NCBI GenBank assembly: GCA_038142325.1
Contig: JAYQJW010000002.1
Span: 811,328 to 875,327, forward strand
Origin: Gammaproteobacteria bacterium
Lineage (GTDB): Bacteria; Pseudomonadota; Gammaproteobacteria; GCA-002705445; GCA-002716945
Reading direction: 5' to 3'
Length of the DNA stretch: 64,000 nucleotides
The stretch's first letter is position 1. Every line of letters begins with the position of its first letter. Below the pieces are notes generated by a model. The model saw only the letters and a program-made list of their open reading frames with translations. It was not told where the DNA came from and did not search any database. The translations under genes and the position numbers were made by a program. This document shows, in pieces, positions 43,532 to 53,914 of this stretch.

Positions 43532-44059
43532 TTGAATAAAATGAATATTTTAGAATAATACTCTTTTTAATAACGACAAGCCTTTTGGTGATATCAAAAC
43601 TTGCAAGTAACTTTACCAATGTATCGCCATTTATTGCATTAGTGATAGTTTCGGCGTATTTCATAGAAAATAAACAACATCTGCTAATTATGGTATTCAT
43701 TTCACAATTGATATCAGACATTTATTTTGGTTTTCACTCATCTAATTTTTGTATATCTATCATATTTTATTATGATATCTATCATTTATATTCACCAGAT
43801 TGAGTTAAGTATAGTCTCAAGTCTAATTAAATCCATCCACTCCAATATTATTTTCTTTTTTGTAAGCAATATTGGACATTTTCTTACATTCAACAACACA
43901 TACTCTTTGACTGAGCTGACAAGACTATTTATACAAGGGATACCATTTGGCTTGAATCTATTTTATTCAACAATATTTTTTGTACTAGTTATTCACGCTA
44001 TACTGGCTGTAAGTAAAATACAGCCAGCATGTGTAAGGAGTGCAAGAAAAATAAATTAG
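43532..44059 (+). CDS. Small multi-TM putative cobalamin transport protein (DUF6580-like / solitary ECF S-component-like); frameshifted
   Basis: N.SP..AL, ISD..FGFH, IFF.VSN.G, GIPF motifs over two frames; directly after btuB. Start approximate. Confidence 0.65.
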
Positions 44060-45263
44060 AACTTGAGTTGGCCACCTGTTTTATATTCAGTAACACGAGT
44101 TTCAAAAAAAATTCTTTTCTTTGTTTAAATCCATCATCTCAGACATCCATTCAAATGGATTGCTAACTCCAGGATATTGATGAGGCAAGCCTATACTTTC
44201 AAGTCTCCTGTTTGCGATGAATTTAATATACTCTTCAAATTTTTGTGCATCCATACCTAGCATAGGTTTTGGCATTGTGTCTCTTCCATACTGTGTTTCA
44301 AGCTCAACGCCTTTTTTGACTATTTCAATCATTTCTTGTTGAAACTCTTCTGTCCAAAGAGTTGGGTTCTCAAGTTTGATTTGATTTATTACGTCAATTC
44401 CAAAGTTCATATGCATAGACTCATCTCTAAGTATGTATTGAAATTGTTGTGATACACCAGTGAGTTTATTTCTTCTTCCTAATGATAAGATTTGGGTAAA
44501 ACCAACATAGAAAAATATTCCCTCAAAGACAACATAAAAAGCAATTAAATCTCTTAATAACCTCTGATCATCTTTATGTGTCCCGGTTTTAAATGTTGGA
44601 TCACCTAAACTTTGTGTGTATGGAAGTGCCCACTCAGCTTTCGTAGCAACAGCGGGAAGTTCTCTGATACATGTTAAATATTCTAGCTTCATCCAATCCG
44701 AGTGACTGAACACAATATTGATAAGCGTGTGTATGAATTGCTTCTTCAAATGCTTGGCGTAATAGGTATTGTCTACATTCAGGATTAGTTATATGTTTGT
44801 AGACAGCAAGAACTAGATTATTTGCAACTAATGAGTCTGCAGTAGAGAAGAAGCCTAGGTTTCTCTCCACCATTTCTCTTTCTTCAGGCCTTAATGCTTG
44901 AGGATCATTCCAACACTTAATATCATCGTGCATTGGTATCTCTTCTGGCATCCAATGATTAGCAGATCCATCAAGATACTTTTGCCATGCCCATTTATAC
45001 TTAAATGGTACAAGTTGATTTAAATCAGCTCGACAATTGATAATAGCCTTATCGTCTACCTGAATACGTTTTGCGCCATGTTCAATGTTTTCCATGCCAG
45101 TTGAACCTACACCGCTTGCATCAGCCTCTGGTAAATGTTCGATGTTTGTAGCTTCTGTAATCTGATTACTTACGCTTTCAAATTTTTGCGTTTGTATTTT
45201 TTTCTCTGGCACTATGTCTGGTTTACTTAGTGCGTCATTTATAGGGTCATCCCAGTTATACAT
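44056..45263 (-). CDS. nrdB: Class Ia ribonucleotide reductase beta subunit (two frameshifts)
   Basis: FFSTADS (Asp ligand), EEAIHTHAY (radical Tyr), EGIFFY, RDESMH, EKNFFETRV.EY. Confidence 0.93.
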
Positions 45264-45274
45264 AATATCTCCTT

Positions 45275-45403
45275 TTAATTTTTTTCAGCTTCTCTAATAA
45301 GCTCTATTCTTTCGTTTTCTAATTTTTTTAGTTTCATAATCACAAATATAGTTGCTATTACTCCAATTAAATAAACAACAACATCTGGTATATAAAAATT
45401 CAT
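45275..45403 (-). CDS. Putative 42-aa single-pass membrane protein between nrdA and nrdB
   Basis: [42 protein letters not shown]; ATG overlaps the nrdA stop (TAATG); stop abuts the nrdB SD. Confidence 0.65.
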   Translation of the reverse strand: MNFYIPDVVVYLIGVIATIFVIMKLKKLENERIELIREAEKN

Positions 45404-48255
45404 TATTGGCAAGCCTCACAATCTGGATCATCAATCAAACATTGTTTAACTTCAGTTGATTGTGATTTTACTGCATTCAAATTTGAACCACTATTATCTG
45501 AAGTGCTTTTCTCTACGTGTGTTGCACCAAGTGATCTTAAATAATAAGTAGTTTTGAGACCTCTTATCCAAGCAAGCTTGTAAGCACTATCAAGTTTCTT
45601 TCCATCGGTATCTGGTATGTATAGGTTTAGCGATTGTGATAGATCTATCCACTTTTGTCTTCGTGCAGCTGCCTCAACTAACCATCGAGTATCAATTTCA
45701 AAACATGTTGAGTACATAGCTTTTAAATCATCAGGTACTCGATTAATGGGTTGCAGTTGTCCATCAAAATATTTCAAATCTTTTATCATCACCTCATCCC
45801 AAAGATCACGCTCTTTTAGATCTTTAATTAAGTAAGGATTAATCACTGTAAACTCACCTGAGAGATTCGACTTAACATATAAATTTTGATAAGTGGGCTC
45901 AATAGATTGAGATACTCCGCATATGTTTGAGATAGTTGCTGTTGGCGCAATCGCAAGCGTATTAGAATTTCTTATACCATGTTTTTTTATGCTCTCTCTT
46001 AGCTCATCCCATTTAAGAGTTTCATCTAAGTTAACGTCTAAATATTTTCCACGCACTTCTTTAAGTTTTTTAAGACTATCTATTGGTAGTACTCCTTGAC
46101 TCCAAAGGGAACCATCAAATGTTTCATATGCGCCCCTTTCTTTGGCTAATTCCATAGAAGCTTCTATAGCAAAATAACTTACGTATTCCATGCTTCGATC
46201 AGCGAAATCAACCGCCTCTTCAGATTCATAAGGCACCCTTATTTTATATAGAGCATCTTGGAACCCCATAATACCCATACCAACAGGCCTATGTTTTAAG
46301 TTTGAATTTTTAGCTTTATCAACACTGTAGTAATTATATTCGATAACGTTATCAAGCATTCTCATCGCTGTAGTAATCGTTGCTTTTAATTTTTTAGTGT
46401 TAATTTTTCCATCATCTGTTATGTGTGCAGCAAGATTGACCGAACCTAAGTTACATACAGCAATCTCGTCTTTAGATGTGTTAAGAGTAATTTCAGTACA
46501 TAGATTAGAAGAATGAACCACGCCCTTATGCTGTTGTGGTGATCTAATATTACAAGGGTCTTTAAATGTAATCCAAGGATGTCCTGTTTCAAATAGCATG
46601 CTGAGTATTTTTCTCCAAATATCAACTGCATTAACAGTTTTGAAATTTTTTATCACACCTGACTTTGCTAATTCTTCATATTCAGTATATTTTTCTTCGA
46701 ACTCTAAACCATATAAATCATGGAGATCTGGTGTATCTGATGGTGAGAACAATGTCCACTCTTCATTTGAGTGAACTCGTTTCATAAATAAATCAGGAAT
46801 CCAATTCGCTGTATTCATGTCATGCGTTCTTCTACGTTCGTCTCCAGTATTTTTTCTAAGCTCAAGAAACTGTTCTATATCAAGATGCCAGGTCTCCAAA
46901 TATGCGCACATTGCACCTTTTCTTTTACCTCCTTGATTAACAGCTACTGCAGTATCGTTTGCAACTTTGAGAAATGGAATTACTCCCTGACTTTTTCCAT
47001 TTGTGCCTTTAATATATGAACCGAGCGCTCTTACTTGAGACCAGTCATTACCTAAGCCGCCTGCAAATTTTGATAGCATTGCATCGTCGCTTATACCTTC
47101 AAAAATTCCACGAAGATCATCTGGCAAAGTAGAAAGATAGCATGATGAAAGTTGCGGTTTGAGAGTAGCCGAATTAAACAATGTTGGAGTGCTAGACATA
47201 AAATCAAATGATGATAATAATTTATAAAACTCTACTGATCTTTCTTCTCTATCATCTTCATTAATTGCAAGTCCCATTGCAACTCTCATAAAGAATGCTT
47301 GAGATAGCTCAAACCTTGTCTCATTATGATGAATAAAATATCTATCATATAATGTTTGAAGTCCTAGATAGGTAAACTGCATATCTCTTGATAAATCGAT
47401 ATTTTTAGCAAGCTTATCTAAATCATAATTTAATAGTTCTGAATCTAAATGTTTTAGCTCAACGCCTTTTTTGATGTAGCTTTTAAAATACTCGCCATAA
47501 GATTTTTTCAGCGCACTCATGCTTACATCAGATGTATCTAATCCTAAGAAAGAGTAAGCTTCCTCTGTCATAGAATGAGACAATAATCTTGCAAGAACAT
47601 AAGAATAATTTGGATCTTTTTCTATAAGCGGTCTAACTGAAATCAAAATTGAATCAGAAAGATCAGATTTTTTAATTCCGTCATATATATTTTTATCAAT
47701 CGTATCAAAAATTAAATCTTCGGAGACATCATCAATACCCGAACAGCTCTCTGAGATAATTTTTCTTAAACTTACAAAATCAATTGGGCTTGTTGATCCA
47801 TCATCAAGAATCATATTTTTAGAAATTGGCATGTCATCAGTTTGTTCAACACCAAGTTTTCTCGCTTTAGCTCTATCTTCTCTATAAATTACATAAGCTC
47901 TAGCAACGTCTTGATAGCCTGCTCGCATAATTGCCAGCTCCACTTGATCTTGAATGTCTTCTATATGTACAACTCCGCCATTTGGAAACCTTCTTCGAAT
48001 AGTTTGATCAACTTTATCTGTTAAATTCTCAACTTCGTTGTGAATTCTAGATGACGCAGCAGCACTACTACCTTCCACGCTTAAAAAAGCTTTGGTCATC
48101 GCTAGTACTATTTTATGAGGATCGTATGCTGTGACCTTACCGTTACGTCTCATGACCCGATGTCTTCCTGGTACAGGCTCAAGATGAGCTTGCTCTTCAC
48201 TGGCAGTGCTATTTAAAGGCGTTTCTATATTAATTTCTTCCATTTCTTTTGACAT
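45403..48255 (-). CDS. nrdA: Class Ia ribonucleotide reductase alpha subunit with N-terminal ATP cone(s)
   Basis: VMRRNG ATP cone, TPTLFN, LSSCY, SNLCTEI, VCNLGS, APTATIS, KTTYY, C-terminal CEAC. Confidence 0.96.
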   Translation of the reverse strand: MSKEMEEINIETPLNSTASEEQAHLEPVPGRHRVMRRNGKVTAYDPHKIVLAMTKAFLSVEGSSAAASSRIHNEVENLTDKVDQTIRRRFPNGGVVHIEDIQDQVELAIMRAGYQDVARAYVIYREDRAKARKLGVEQTDDMPISKNMILDDGSTSPIDFVSLRKIISESCSGIDDVSEDLIFDTIDKNIYDGIKKSDLSDSILISVRPLIEKDPNYSYVLARLLSHSMTEEAYSFLGLDTSDVSMSALKKSYGEYFKSYIKKGVELKHLDSELLNYDLDKLAKNIDLSRDMQFTYLGLQTLYDRYFIHHNETRFELSQAFFMRVAMGLAINEDDREERSVEFYKLLSSFDFMSSTPTLFNSATLKPQLSSCYLSTLPDDLRGIFEGISDDAMLSKFAGGLGNDWSQVRALGSYIKGTNGKSQGVIPFLKVANDTAVAVNQGGKRKGAMCAYLETWHLDIEQFLELRKNTGDERRRTHDMNTANWIPDLFMKRVHSNEEWTLFSPSDTPDLHDLYGLEFEEKYTEYEELAKSGVIKNFKTVNAVDIWRKILSMLFETGHPWITFKDPCNIRSPQQHKGVVHSSNLCTEITLNTSKDEIAVCNLGSVNLAAHITDDGKINTKKLKATITTAMRMLDNVIEYNYYSVDKAKNSNLKHRPVGMGIMGFQDALYKIRVPYESEEAVDFADRSMEYVSYFAIEASMELAKERGAYETFDGSLWSQGVLPIDSLKKLKEVRGKYLDVNLDETLKWDELRESIKKHGIRNSNTLAIAPTATISNICGVSQSIEPTYQNLYVKSNLSGEFTVINPYLIKDLKERDLWDEVMIKDLKYFDGQLQPINRVPDDLKAMYSTCFEIDTRWLVEAAARRQKWIDLSQSLNLYIPDTDGKKLDSAYKLAWIRGLKTTYYLRSLGATHVEKSTSDNSGSNLNAVKSQSTEVKQCLIDDPDCEACQ

Positions 48256-48293
48256 AAATTTCTCTGGTTTGAGATGTTATGACATTAATTATA

Positions 48294-48341
48294 TCACCAA
48301 ATATTGTGGTTTGATAACATTAAAAACACTATATGTTGTGT
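48294..48341. promoter_or_regulatory. Tandem NrdR boxes
   Basis: CCACAATATTTGGTGA (minus, 48294-48309) and ACACTATATGTTGTGT (48326-48341) match acaCwAtATaTwGtgt; 32 bp apart; upstream of nrdA. Confidence 0.85.
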
Positions 48342-48359
48342 TTAAGTCTGTTAGGAGCT

Positions 48360-48368
48360 TGTGGATAA
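48360..48368 (-). promoter_or_regulatory. DnaA box upstream of nrdA
   Basis: Perfect TTATCCACA on the minus strand. Confidence 0.65.
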
Positions 48369-48422
48369 GTTGTGAATTTGTTGAATTTGCTTGTATATAA
48401 GATTATGGAAATATACTTATAG

Positions 48423-49790
48423 TTACATCAGAAATGTTGCTATTCCCAACAAAGATACAAAACCGACAACATCAGTGATGGTGGTCAAAATAACCCCACC
48501 TGCCAGAGCAGGATCAATATCAAGTTTTTCTAAAATAAGCGGTAAACTCACACCGCTAATCGCACCGATGATAAGATTGATCATTATAGCTGCAGCAATA
48601 ACCCCGCCTAAAAATAAACTTTCAAACCAAAGATATACAATGGATGCAATTACAGCTGACCATATGACACCATTTAGTAACCCAATTGCAGATTCTTTTA
48701 AGATAAGTAGTTTTGAGTTTGAAGAACCTATTTGATCAAGCGCTTGTGCTCTAATGACGAGCGCAAGACTTTGACTTCCTGCAATGCCTCCCATACTTGC
48801 AACAATTGGCATTAGAATTGCCAGTGCTACAACTTTCTCAATAGTAGCTTCAAATATGCCTATAGCAGCTGCAGCTAAAAGTGCTGTTAGAAAATTAGCA
48901 CCCAGCCATAATGTGCGTCTTTTTGTACTTTGAATGACAGGCGCAAAAATATCATCATCTTTTTTAAGACCAGCCATATTCAAAACACTCTCATCTACCT
49001 CTTCTCTGATAACATCGACAACATCATCGACTGTAATCCTACCAAGTAAGAAGCCTTGATTATCTACAACCGCTGCTGATACAAGATCTGCATTTTCAAA
49101 TCTTCTAGATACTTCATGTTCATCAATATCTGGATCAATGGGGTCATCATCTTTTTGCATAATTTGGAAAACATATTTTGAAGGATCTGCAACAAGAACA
49201 TCTTTAACAGAAACGTAACCGTGATAGAAGTTAAGTCTATCAGTTACAAAGATTTTATCTGTTTGATCGGGCAAACTTTTCATGCGTCTTAGATAGTGAA
49301 GGAGGACATCAACTGTGACATTACTTCTAATTGTAATAGTATCGGTATTCATTAGCCCGCCTGCTGTACCATCTTCGAATGACAATACTTTCTCAAGCCT
49401 ATCTTGATTTTGCTTGGTTAAACTTTTAATCGCTTTACTAGTAAGATGCTTTGGAAGCGATTGAATAATATCTGCTAAATCATCTGTATCAAGCTTTTCT
49501 GCAATTTTGACTAAACCTTCTGTTCCGTCTTTATCAATAAGCTCATCTATTAAATATTCCCTAACCTCATCATTGAGCTCTGCTAAAGTTTCACCTTTGT
49601 TTTCATCTGTGACTAGAGTCCATAAAAGATCTCTTCTATTTCTAGGAGTACTTTCAATAACATCAGCTATCTCAGATGGGTAAAGAGAATTCAATAAATT
49701 TTTAGCTTTGATGACAGCGCCGCTATCAAGAACTTCAGATAACTGATCGAGAGTAACAGTATTCTCATTGTTAATGCTTTCTGCAGGCAT
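48423..49790 (-). CDS. mgtE: Magnesium transporter MgtE
   Basis: TAGGLM, CBS pair, GRITVDDV.D, MGGIAG.Q, DPALA...TTITD. Confidence 0.95.
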   Translation of the reverse strand: MPAESINNENTVTLDQLSEVLDSGAVIKAKNLLNSLYPSEIADVIESTPRNRRDLLWTLVTDENKGETLAELNDEVREYLIDELIDKDGTEGLVKIAEKLDTDDLADIIQSLPKHLTSKAIKSLTKQNQDRLEKVLSFEDGTAGGLMNTDTITIRSNVTVDVLLHYLRRMKSLPDQTDKIFVTDRLNFYHGYVSVKDVLVADPSKYVFQIMQKDDDPIDPDIDEHEVSRRFENADLVSAAVVDNQGFLLGRITVDDVVDVIREEVDESVLNMAGLKKDDDIFAPVIQSTKRRTLWLGANFLTALLAAAAIGIFEATIEKVVALAILMPIVASMGGIAGSQSLALVIRAQALDQIGSSNSKLLILKESAIGLLNGVIWSAVIASIVYLWFESLFLGGVIAAAIMINLIIGAISGVSLPLILEKLDIDPALAGGVILTTITDVVGFVSLLGIATFLM

Positions 49791-49961
49791 TGTAACTGAC
49801 CTCTCTTTTGTTATTAATTTCTACATGTTCTTAATTATAAGATACCACAAAACACCCTACTTTTGTAAGTAAGGTCTGTATATATATGATTTAGATGAAA
49901 AATCTTAATAAGTAATAACTAACTAATTATTACTAATACAGAAGATGTGTTTTTAATTTTA

Positions 49962-50330
49962 CTAAAATTTCCATTTGGTCTTGATTTCAATCTTATGCGA
50001 ATTTTTGGCATTGTGATTCTCTAGCCCTTCCCACTTTCCTTTCCAAGAAAATGCATCGGTAATTTTTTTACTGAATCCAAACTCATATGATTTTCCTGCA
50101 ACTCCATCAAAGATATCTTTTCCATGGCTAACAGATTCTGCTGCACCAATTTCGCCATATAGCTTTAAGCCACCTTCTGTTTTCCAAGAATGACCAAATC
50201 TTATATGATTGATAGTACTGCTGTAATCTGTATCTTTCATTTTAAATTCATGCTTAGTCATTAAATATGGTCCTGCAAAGACAGAATTTGAAATTAAGAA
50301 AACTAGCAATAAAGTAAATATATTTTTCAT
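49962..50330 (-). CDS. Small basic outer-membrane beta-strand protein, unknown function
   Basis: GGGAG SD; signal peptide ending VFA; alternating amphipathic strands; C-terminal WKF beta-signal. Confidence 0.75.
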   Translation of the reverse strand: MKNIFTLLLVFLISNSVFAGPYLMTKHEFKMKDTDYSSTINHIRFGHSWKTEGGLKLYGEIGAAESVSHGKDIFDGVAGKSYEFGFSKKITDAFSWKGKWEGLENHNAKNSHKIEIKTKWKF

Positions 50331-50414
50331 GTTGACTCCCTTTTTGTCTAAACAGAGATCTCACAAAGATTCTGTTATTTCAATAGCACTAACAATACAA
50401 GTTCATTATTATGA

Positions 50415-50469
50415 TTTTAGTAAAGATAAATGAAATATTTATAGTAGAAATATTTCAGTTTTATGAATT
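50415..50469 (-). promoter_or_regulatory. Putative degenerate Pho-box array upstream of the small OMP gene
   Basis: 11-bp units aaTTCATaaaa / ctGAAATattt / ctACTATaaat / atTTCATttat / ctTTACTaaaa; weak because the background is AT-rich. Confidence 0.4.
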
Positions 50470-50477
50470 TTTACTAA

Positions 50478-51167
50478 TCAAGCTTCAATGTCTAAAGAAT
50501 ATCCTGAAGATCTTATTGTTCTGATTACTTTGCATTCCTCAGTCGTACTCAAAGCTTGGCGTAATCTCCTAATATGTACATCTATAGTTCTGTCTGATAC
50601 ATAGACATTAGTTCCCCAGACTGAATCAAGGATTTGTTGCCTTGTAAAAACTCGACCTGGTTTTTTCATTAGAAATTCTAATATGCTGTATTCTCTAGGA
50701 CCTAATTTCGCCTCTTTATTACAACAATATACTCTGTGAGTATCTGTATTCATCTTTATGTTTTCAAATTCTAGAATACTTTCTTTATTTTTATTTTTAC
50801 TTCTTCTCAATAAAGCATTTATTCTTGCAATCAACTCTTTTGGACTAAATGGTTTTGATAAATAATCATCACATCCAATATTTAGACCTGATACCAAATC
50901 ACCCTCTTCACCTTTTGCGGTAAGCATTATAATAGGAGTTTCTGATAAACTTTCATGACTTCTAATAAATTTACAAATCTCTGTACCAGGTTGATCGGGA
51001 AGCATCCAATCTAATAATATTAAATCTGGTTTAACTTTTTGTATATCAATCATCCCCTGATAAGCTGTGCTCGCATGATAGAAATCATACCCAGAAGACT
51101 TAATATTATATTCAAGAAGAGATACTAAAGATTCTTCATCCTCCACAGAGAAGATTTTAGCTGTCAT
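50478..51167 (-). CDS. phoB: Phosphate regulon response regulator
   Basis: LLDWMLP receiver, RTIDVHIRRLR winged helix; follows phoU. Confidence 0.93.
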   Translation of the reverse strand: MTAKIFSVEDEESLVSLLEYNIKSSGYDFYHASTAYQGMIDIQKVKPDLILLDWMLPDQPGTEICKFIRSHESLSETPIIMLTAKGEEGDLVSGLNIGCDDYLSKPFSPKELIARINALLRRSKNKNKESILEFENIKMNTDTHRVYCCNKEAKLGPREYSILEFLMKKPGRVFTRQQILDSVWGTNVYVSDRTIDVHIRRLRQALSTTEECKVIRTIRSSGYSLDIEA

Positions 51168-51889
51168 TTATTACTACCTTCTAAACTCTTTTCGATAGAC
51201 TGACTCGGTTTGTTTGTAGTTGAGATATCATCGCCAGTTACGATGAAATGTATTTCCTCAGCTATATTACAAATATGATCTCCTGCTCTCTCGAGAGTTT
51301 TTATAGCAAATAGTAATTTAGTGTAAGTGAGTAATTTCAATTTTGAAACTTTGTCTTTTATCTGATCAACAATGATATCGTAAACAAGATTATACTTTTC
51401 ATCAATTATCAGATCATTCTTTCTAACAAGCTCTGCTTTTTTTGTATCTTTAGAAATATATGCATCGATAACATCCTTCATTTGTGTTTGAACAAGTGTG
51501 ACTAACCTAAGAATATCATTTTTAATATTTGTATCAGGGACAGTTTCTAAGGCCGCAACCCTCATGGCTATATTTTTTGCATAGTCACCCAACCTCTCTA
51601 AATCAGTCGATATTCTCAACGCTGTCAAGGTTGCTCTCAGGTCTATCGCAATTGGAGCTCTCAATGTAATTATTGTAATAACCGCGTCACGAATCTCAGC
51701 ATCATATTGATCCAATCTAGGTTCATTCTCTAAAATATCTTCAATTGTTGCAGGTGATGCAGTATCAATTACATGATATAGAAGTTTAAATTGCTCCTCT
51801 ACAAGAGTAGCCATCTGGGTGGTCAATTGATTAATATTTTCTATATCATCATCAAAAGACTTTACTATATGTTCTTTGTACTCACTCAT
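51164..51889 (-). CDS. phoU: Phosphate signalling protein PhoU
   Basis: EHIVKSFD, P.A.DLR, DLERLGDYAKNIA, LER.GDH..NIAE. Confidence 0.94.
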   Translation of the reverse strand: MSEYKEHIVKSFDDDIENINQLTTQMATLVEEQFKLLYHVIDTASPATIEDILENEPRLDQYDAEIRDAVITIITLRAPIAIDLRATLTALRISTDLERLGDYAKNIAMRVAALETVPDTNIKNDILRLVTLVQTQMKDVIDAYISKDTKKAELVRKNDLIIDEKYNLVYDIIVDQIKDKVSKLKLLTYTKLLFAIKTLERAGDHICNIAEEIHFIVTGDDISTTNKPSQSIEKSLEGSNK

Positions 51890-51926
51890 AATATCTCTTT
51901 ATATATATTATAAAATTATAAATAAA

Positions 51927-52691
51927 CTATCCAATCCTTCCTGTGATATAATCCTGAGTTTTTTGATGCTGTGGATTCGAGAAAATATTCTTAGTAAAAC
52001 CAGATTCAACAAGCTCACCCATATGCATATATGCAGTTCTATCTGAAACTCTAGCCGCTTGTTGCATAGAATGTGTGACAATCACAATAGTATATTTTGT
52101 TTTTAGTTCCTCAATTAATTCTTCGATCTTAGCAGTTGCAATCGGATCCAAAGCAGAGCACGGCTCATCCATCAAAATTATTTCTGGGCCAACAGCAAGT
52201 GCTCGTGCAATACATAATCTTTGTTGCTGTCCTCCAGATAGTCCGGTTCCCGGTTCAAATAATCTATTTTTAACTTCCTCATATAAGCCAGCTCGTGATA
52301 ATGATTTTATAACTATCGAATCAAGTTCATCTTTAGACTGAGCAATTCCATGTAGTTTCGGCCCATAAGCAACATTATCGTAAATCGATTTAGGAAAAGG
52401 GTTAGGTTTTTGAAACACCATTCCTACTTTTGACCTAAGCAGAACAGGATCTTGATTAGAATCATTAATGTCTGTTCCATCAATCATAATTTGACCATTA
52501 ATAGAGCATATATCTATTAAGTCATTCATTCTATTGAGACATTTAAGTAGTGTTGACTTTCCGCATCCAGAAGGACCAATTAATGAGGTGACCTCTCGCT
52601 CCATTATATTAAGATTAATATCATACAAAGCTTGCTTGTTAGCATAAAACACATTTAAGTTTTTGATTGATATTTTTAGTTTTTCGGTCAT
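51927..52691 (-). CDS. pstB: Phosphate ABC transporter ATPase
   Basis: [33 protein letters not shown]. Confidence 0.96.
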   Translation of the reverse strand: MTEKLKISIKNLNVFYANKQALYDINLNIMEREVTSLIGPSGCGKSTLLKCLNRMNDLIDICSINGQIMIDGTDINDSNQDPVLLRSKVGMVFQKPNPFPKSIYDNVAYGPKLHGIAQSKDELDSIVIKSLSRAGLYEEVKNRLFEPGTGLSGGQQQRLCIARALAVGPEIILMDEPCSALDPIATAKIEELIEELKTKYTIVIVTHSMQQAARVSDRTAYMHMGELVESGFTKNIFSNPQHQKTQDYITGRIG

Positions 52692-52695
52692 TTAT

Positions 52696-53914
52696 CTACC
52701 ACTTCTTCTCAAGTTTATTTCTCAAGTATATTGCTAATAAATTTAAAAGCACTAGAAAAATAAGTAATACCATAATTGCAGCAGATGTTCGTTCAACAAA
52801 TGCCCGCTCTGGACTATCTGCCCATAAAAAAATTTGTACTGGAAGTGCAGTTGATGGATCGAGAGGTGTCCCTGGCACATCAACAACAAAAGCAACCATA
52901 CCTATCATTAATAAAGGTGCAGTCTCACCTAACGCTCTTGCTATTCCAATAATTGTTCCAGTCATTATTCCAGGCATTGCTAAAGGTAATGTAAAATTAA
53001 GTAATGTTTGAATTTTACTTGCACCCAAACCTATGGAGGCCTCCTCTATAGACGGAGGGACTGATTTAATTGCAGATCGTGCCGCTATTACAATTGTTGG
53101 AAGAGTCATAACAGCTAAAGTAAGTCCGCCAACCAGTGGCGCAGACCTTGGAAGAGAGAAGAAATTTAAAAATATTGCTAAACCAAGAAGTCCAAAGACT
53201 ATTGATGGCACGGCAGCTAAATTATTAATGTTGGTTTCGATGGTGTTAGAAAATTTATTTTTCAATGCAATCTTTTCCATGTATAGAGCTGATAGAACAC
53301 CTAGCGGGAAAGATACTATAAATGCAATTAATATTGCATACAAACGAACCTATAATAGCTCCCTTAATTCCTGCCAATTCAGGCTCTCTGCTATCTGCAG
53401 AATAGAGCAAATATTGATTTGCTTTTAGTTTAATTAGGTTTTGTTCTACTAGAATATCAACGTATTGCATTCTAGAGGGATTTATTCTTCCTGCTTCGTT
53501 GCCTTGCCTCTCAACAGTGCCTTTGATATACATGTCAATATCAGCATGTGCTAAAAACCAATGATAACCATTGATATCTTCCTTATTAGAATTTTCTAGC
53601 AGTTCTTCAAACTCATATATAGCGCCTTTACTGAAAAGTGACATCAAGTTCCTTTTCTCGCTCCTTGTTTTAGCCTGTGGAAACATATTATAAACTTGTC
53701 TTTTAAATTCTTTTCTTGAATTAATATCACTTCGTTCAGTTTGAGCAGGTAAATTAATATTAACCCCTATGTAACTTGCTTTGAAAGCTGAAATACCAGT
53801 TGAGAATATATTAAATAGTAAAACAAAGAGAAAAGTGATTGCAACTAAAACAGCAAGGAATCCATAAACTTTAAATCTTCTCTCCGCTTGATTTCTCTGA
53901 GATAGATTATTCAT
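52696..53914 (-). CDS. pstA: Phosphate ABC permease PstA with long N-terminal extension (one frameshift)
   Basis: AERRFK.YG, DSREPELAG, NLAAVPSIVFGLLGL, ARALGETAPL. Confidence 0.93.

Noticed and set aside
44056-45263. Class Ic (Mn/Fe) ribonucleotide reductase
   Set aside because: The radical Tyr (EAIHTHAY) and the first-ligand Asp are both present, indicating class Ia.
45340-45391. NrdR-box-like sequences upstream of nrdB
   Set aside because: One match is a base short, the spacing is not the usual 31-32 bp, and both lie inside the 42-aa ORF. Probably coincidental, though not excluded.
48350-48420. Replication origin
   Set aside because: Only one perfect DnaA box in a short promoter region and no dnaA/gidA context; it fits nrdAB regulation.
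49911-49934. AGTAATAA/TTATTACT hairpin at the edge of the Pho block (att site or terminator?)
   Set aside because: Weak AT-only stem, no matching copy seen at the other end of the block, and no integrase or tRNA.
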